Assembly: GCA_965208065.1 (NCBI GenBank)
Contig: OZ242313.1
Location: forward strand, 253,207 to 317,206
Reading direction: 5' to 3'
DNA length: 64,000 bases
From: Spirochaetia bacterium
GTDB taxonomy: Bacteria > Spirochaetota > Spirochaetia > SZUA-6 > Bin103
Part shown: one piece after another, positions 61,211 through 64,000 of the stretch
Numbering within the stretch: position 1 is the first letter of the stretch
Layout: each line of letters opens with the position of its first letter
Program-made: the position numbers and the translations under genes
Notes under the pieces: generated by a model
What the model saw: the letters and a program-made list of their open reading frames with translations, nothing else
Told to the model about the DNA's origin: nothing
Database searches by the model: none

Positions 61211-63232
61211 GAGAGCCAAGTTGGACGGCTCCGGGCCACCGCCCTCGGCAACTGGCAACAGGTGGTCTATCTGCAGCAGATGGGCAGAGGTGCAGCGCCG
61301 CCCGGTGAGCGGGTCGCGATAACAGCAGCGGCCTCCGTCGCGTTGCCAGATGTGGCGTCGGACAGCCGCGGGAATGTGGCGCCGCCGCGGCGATTCGCGG
61401 CGGCTGTGAACAGGTTCGCGGCTCGTGTGCGCCGCTGCTCCCGCTGCTGCGTCGGGCGGTCCGCCGTCAGGGGACACCCCAATCGCCCGCTCCGGCGCCG
61501 AAGTGGCGACCGGCGAGCCCGGTACACCAGCGCCCGCATCGGAGCCATCCAGCAAGGCGCCGAACGCGAACTGCGGCGCCGAAGTAGCGGCGGACGCGCC
61601 CAATGGAACGCCACCTGCACGGGCGCCATCCAGGAGCGCGGCGGGCGCTGACTGACTCGGTGGAGCGTCGCTGGCCAGCACCCCGATCGGATTCTGCCTT
61701 TCGGTAGCGGCGGTGCCGCCCGGCGGCGCCGGAGTAGCGCCGCCTCGGTGCCGGGCCGGGGCCACCGGCGCCACGTCGGCACGTGTCCGGTTCTGCGCCC
61801 GCCCCGAGGATTCGTTTACGCGTTGAGCCGATCCGGCGGCTGCCCCGGCAGCACCGGTCCGATTCGGCGCCCGCCCAGTGGATTCGCCTACGCGCTGAGC
61901 CGGTCCGCCCGCGGCCCCGGCAGCACCGGTCCGATTCGGCTCCCGCCCCGTGGATTCGCCTACGCGCGGAGCCGGCCCGCCCACGGCCCCGCCCGCACGT
62001 GTCTCCTTTGGTGTCCGTCGCGGTGATGCGCCGGCGCTGTCTGCACCCTTCCGGCGCTGCCCGCGCCCGCCGCCGCGCGGGTCGTGCCGCGCCACCGCCT
62101 CGCGCACCACACGCGCCACCAGGTCGCCCCACGACATGCGCGGGTCGAGGTGCGCCATGAGATCCTTCAGCAGGCGTAGCCCCTGTTCGCACTCCTGGTC
62201 GATGCTCACCTTCAACGTGTAGCGGTCGGGCGCCACGGCGCGCAGTGTGTCGCGCGGTGGCAGCACCTCGGGAGCGGCGGCGGCGAGCAGGCTGGCGACC
62301 TGGCGGGTGCTCATGCCGGCGGCCTGCTCGATCAGTTCGCGCTGGCGCTGCGGGTGCAGCAGCGGCGCCGCCGACACCGTGCCGGGCGACAGCTCCGCAA
62401 ACGGATCGTCCCTGGGTGGTTCCGGCGCGTGCGTAGCGGCGTTCCGCGACTCCGCTGCAGCCATGACCGGCTCGGGCTCGGGCATCGACGCCGAGAACTC
62501 GGTCGGCGGCAGAAGTTGTGCAGCCGGGCCTTCGTCCGATGACGGCGCGGTGGTGCCGGCACCGGCACGGGGAGCGGGAACGGGAACACAGGAGGGTGCC
62601 GGAAATGGCGGCGCGTTTCCGTTCAACTCCAGCCGCGGCAGCAACGCGCCGGCATGCCCGGCGCCGGGGGTCTGCGCACCAGAGCGGCTCCCCACCGGCA
62701 CCGCGGGCGTGTTCCCGGCCGTCACATCACCGCAGCACTCGCCGGCCGGCGGTGCACTCCCCGGCGTCGATCTGAGCCCGCGCTCCCTCACATCACCGGA
62801 GCACTCGGCGGCGGGCGGCGTAAACCCCGGCTCCGATCGGTGGCCGCGACCCTCACCGACATTCCGATGCCCTGTGCTCTGGCGCTCGGCCCGCTCGGCA
62901 CCGGCAAAGGTGGTCTCCAACTGACCGGCCGACGTCATACTCAACTCGCCGCACTGCAGGCTGGCCCGCACGCACCCATGGCGCCGGCACAGCCGCATCG
63001 CCTGGATGCGCCGCTGCGCGGCGGCGTCGCTGAAGCGCAGTTCCCGCACCGCGTAGTCGAACAGGCTCGAGAACCCGCGCCGCAGCGCCAGACCGCGCCG
63101 GTCGATTTCGTCGAGATGGTCCAGGATGTGCACTTCAAGGCAGCGCTGATTGGCGGCCAGGCGCTTGGTCCGCTCGAGGAGCTGCCGATCGCCCAGCTCG
63201 CTGAACGGTCTTCTTTCAATCACACTTATCAT
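61211..63232 (-). pseudogene. Large HNH endonuclease (DUF222-like N-terminus, low-complexity linker) interrupted by the RIT; its C-terminus continues below 57829
   Basis: GFSSLFDYAVRELRFS, RHIPAAVRR.IWQRDGGRC, IDHLLPVAEGG...NLAL | RCFAHHRMRHG beyond the RIT. Confidence 0.82.
61780..61995 (-). repeat. Three ~72-bp in-frame tandem repeats in the HNH linker
   Basis: RVGESTGREPNRTGAAGAAGGPAQ-like unit, three copies. Confidence 0.75.
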
Positions 63233-63499
63233 GCCGTAATTATATCCCCGGTTTAGAGATATAAGATTGTTGCCAGTCTTCGACCGGGCTCCGTCAGCCC
63301 CCAGGATGCTCACCATGACACCGGTAACAGCACGCGGACGGTCAACGGTAGCGCGCAGACCATTGCCGGGTTCCGAGGCGCACCAGCGGCCAGCAACGAC
63401 GGCGAAAAAGTGTGTCAACCCCTGCGCCCAATTTTCCACCGGTTGTCCGACAGATTTTCGGCACAAGCGGCTTCTAACGCGCTCAGTCACTCTGGCAAG

Positions 63500-63700
63500 T
63501 CCGGGCTGAAGGGCAACCGAGACGCTCTGCTGTTCGACGAGGAAGTCGATGCGGAGCGGGTCATAACGGTGCTGGCATCAGGCTACGCGCCAGACCTGAA
63601 CGACGTGGAGCTCGAACGGCTCGGCGCGGATCCGTTTCTGATCGCCTGCGCGCTCGTTGATCCCGCCCGGCGCCGCGTCGTCACCACAGAGATGTCGAGG
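63500..63700 (+). pseudogene. DUF4411-like PIN domain fragment
   Basis: GYAPDL.D.ELE.LGADPFLIACAL....R.VVTTE.SRP, with no proper start or end. Confidence 0.55.
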
Positions 63701-64000
63701 CCAGACCCGCGCGCTGACCCGATCCGAGAAAAATCGCCTCAAGTCGACCCGGCTCCATACATTCGCCGCATGCCGAACGCTACGCTGGCAACTGTTTGCG
63801 CTCGCTACCGGATGGAGGCCGCCGCCGCTGCCACCGCACGGTGTGCGGCGGTGCGGAAGATGCCGGTCTCATCCAGGTCAGTTTCGAAGACTTCTTTGAC
63901 CAGGAAGACCCGCCAGTGCGGCGGTTCAGAGTCCGTTACCACCGAACGGCGTAACAGGTTCGAATCAGACCCCGGTTCTGCAGTCGACTGATGTCCGTGG

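Noticed and set aside
63700-64000. Possible gene ends at the window edge
   Set aside because: Too short, with no recognisable motif.

Overview
A high-GC bacterial chromosome segment. The family-5 solute-binding protein leader (MAGGESDSGG-type), tandem CRTAC1/ASPIC-UnbV lipoproteins and an NHL lipoprotein suggest a Spirochaetota-like, possibly sponge-associated organism; this is inference only. Bases ~0.5-44 kb are mostly metabolic and housekeeping genes: a split peptide/oligosaccharide ABC system, sugar catabolism genes, SulP, rpmE2, a Cys-to-Asp murA, folC, an IMP cyclohydrolase-like gene, tag, purM, trpS, htpG, a phoBR-like pair, gltA and dcd. Decayed TA and R-M remnants are scattered among them. 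The standout gene is a stand-alone 60-aa Bd0055-like bacterial histone (27198-27380) with its own sigma70-like promoter and strong RBS. Bases ~44-64 kb are a plastic mosaic. It contains an ABC exporter operon whose last gene's 3' end occurs three times, with TA/peptidase cargo between the copies, and a Gly-rich ORF coupled to a frameshifted RES toxin. It also contains an IS256 with a 9-bp TSD in an ABC-F pseudogene, and a complete RIT element inserted, together with an extra 20-bp palindrome, into an HNH gene. No rRNA, tRNA or CRISPR array was seen. All family assignments are from motif recognition, not database searches.
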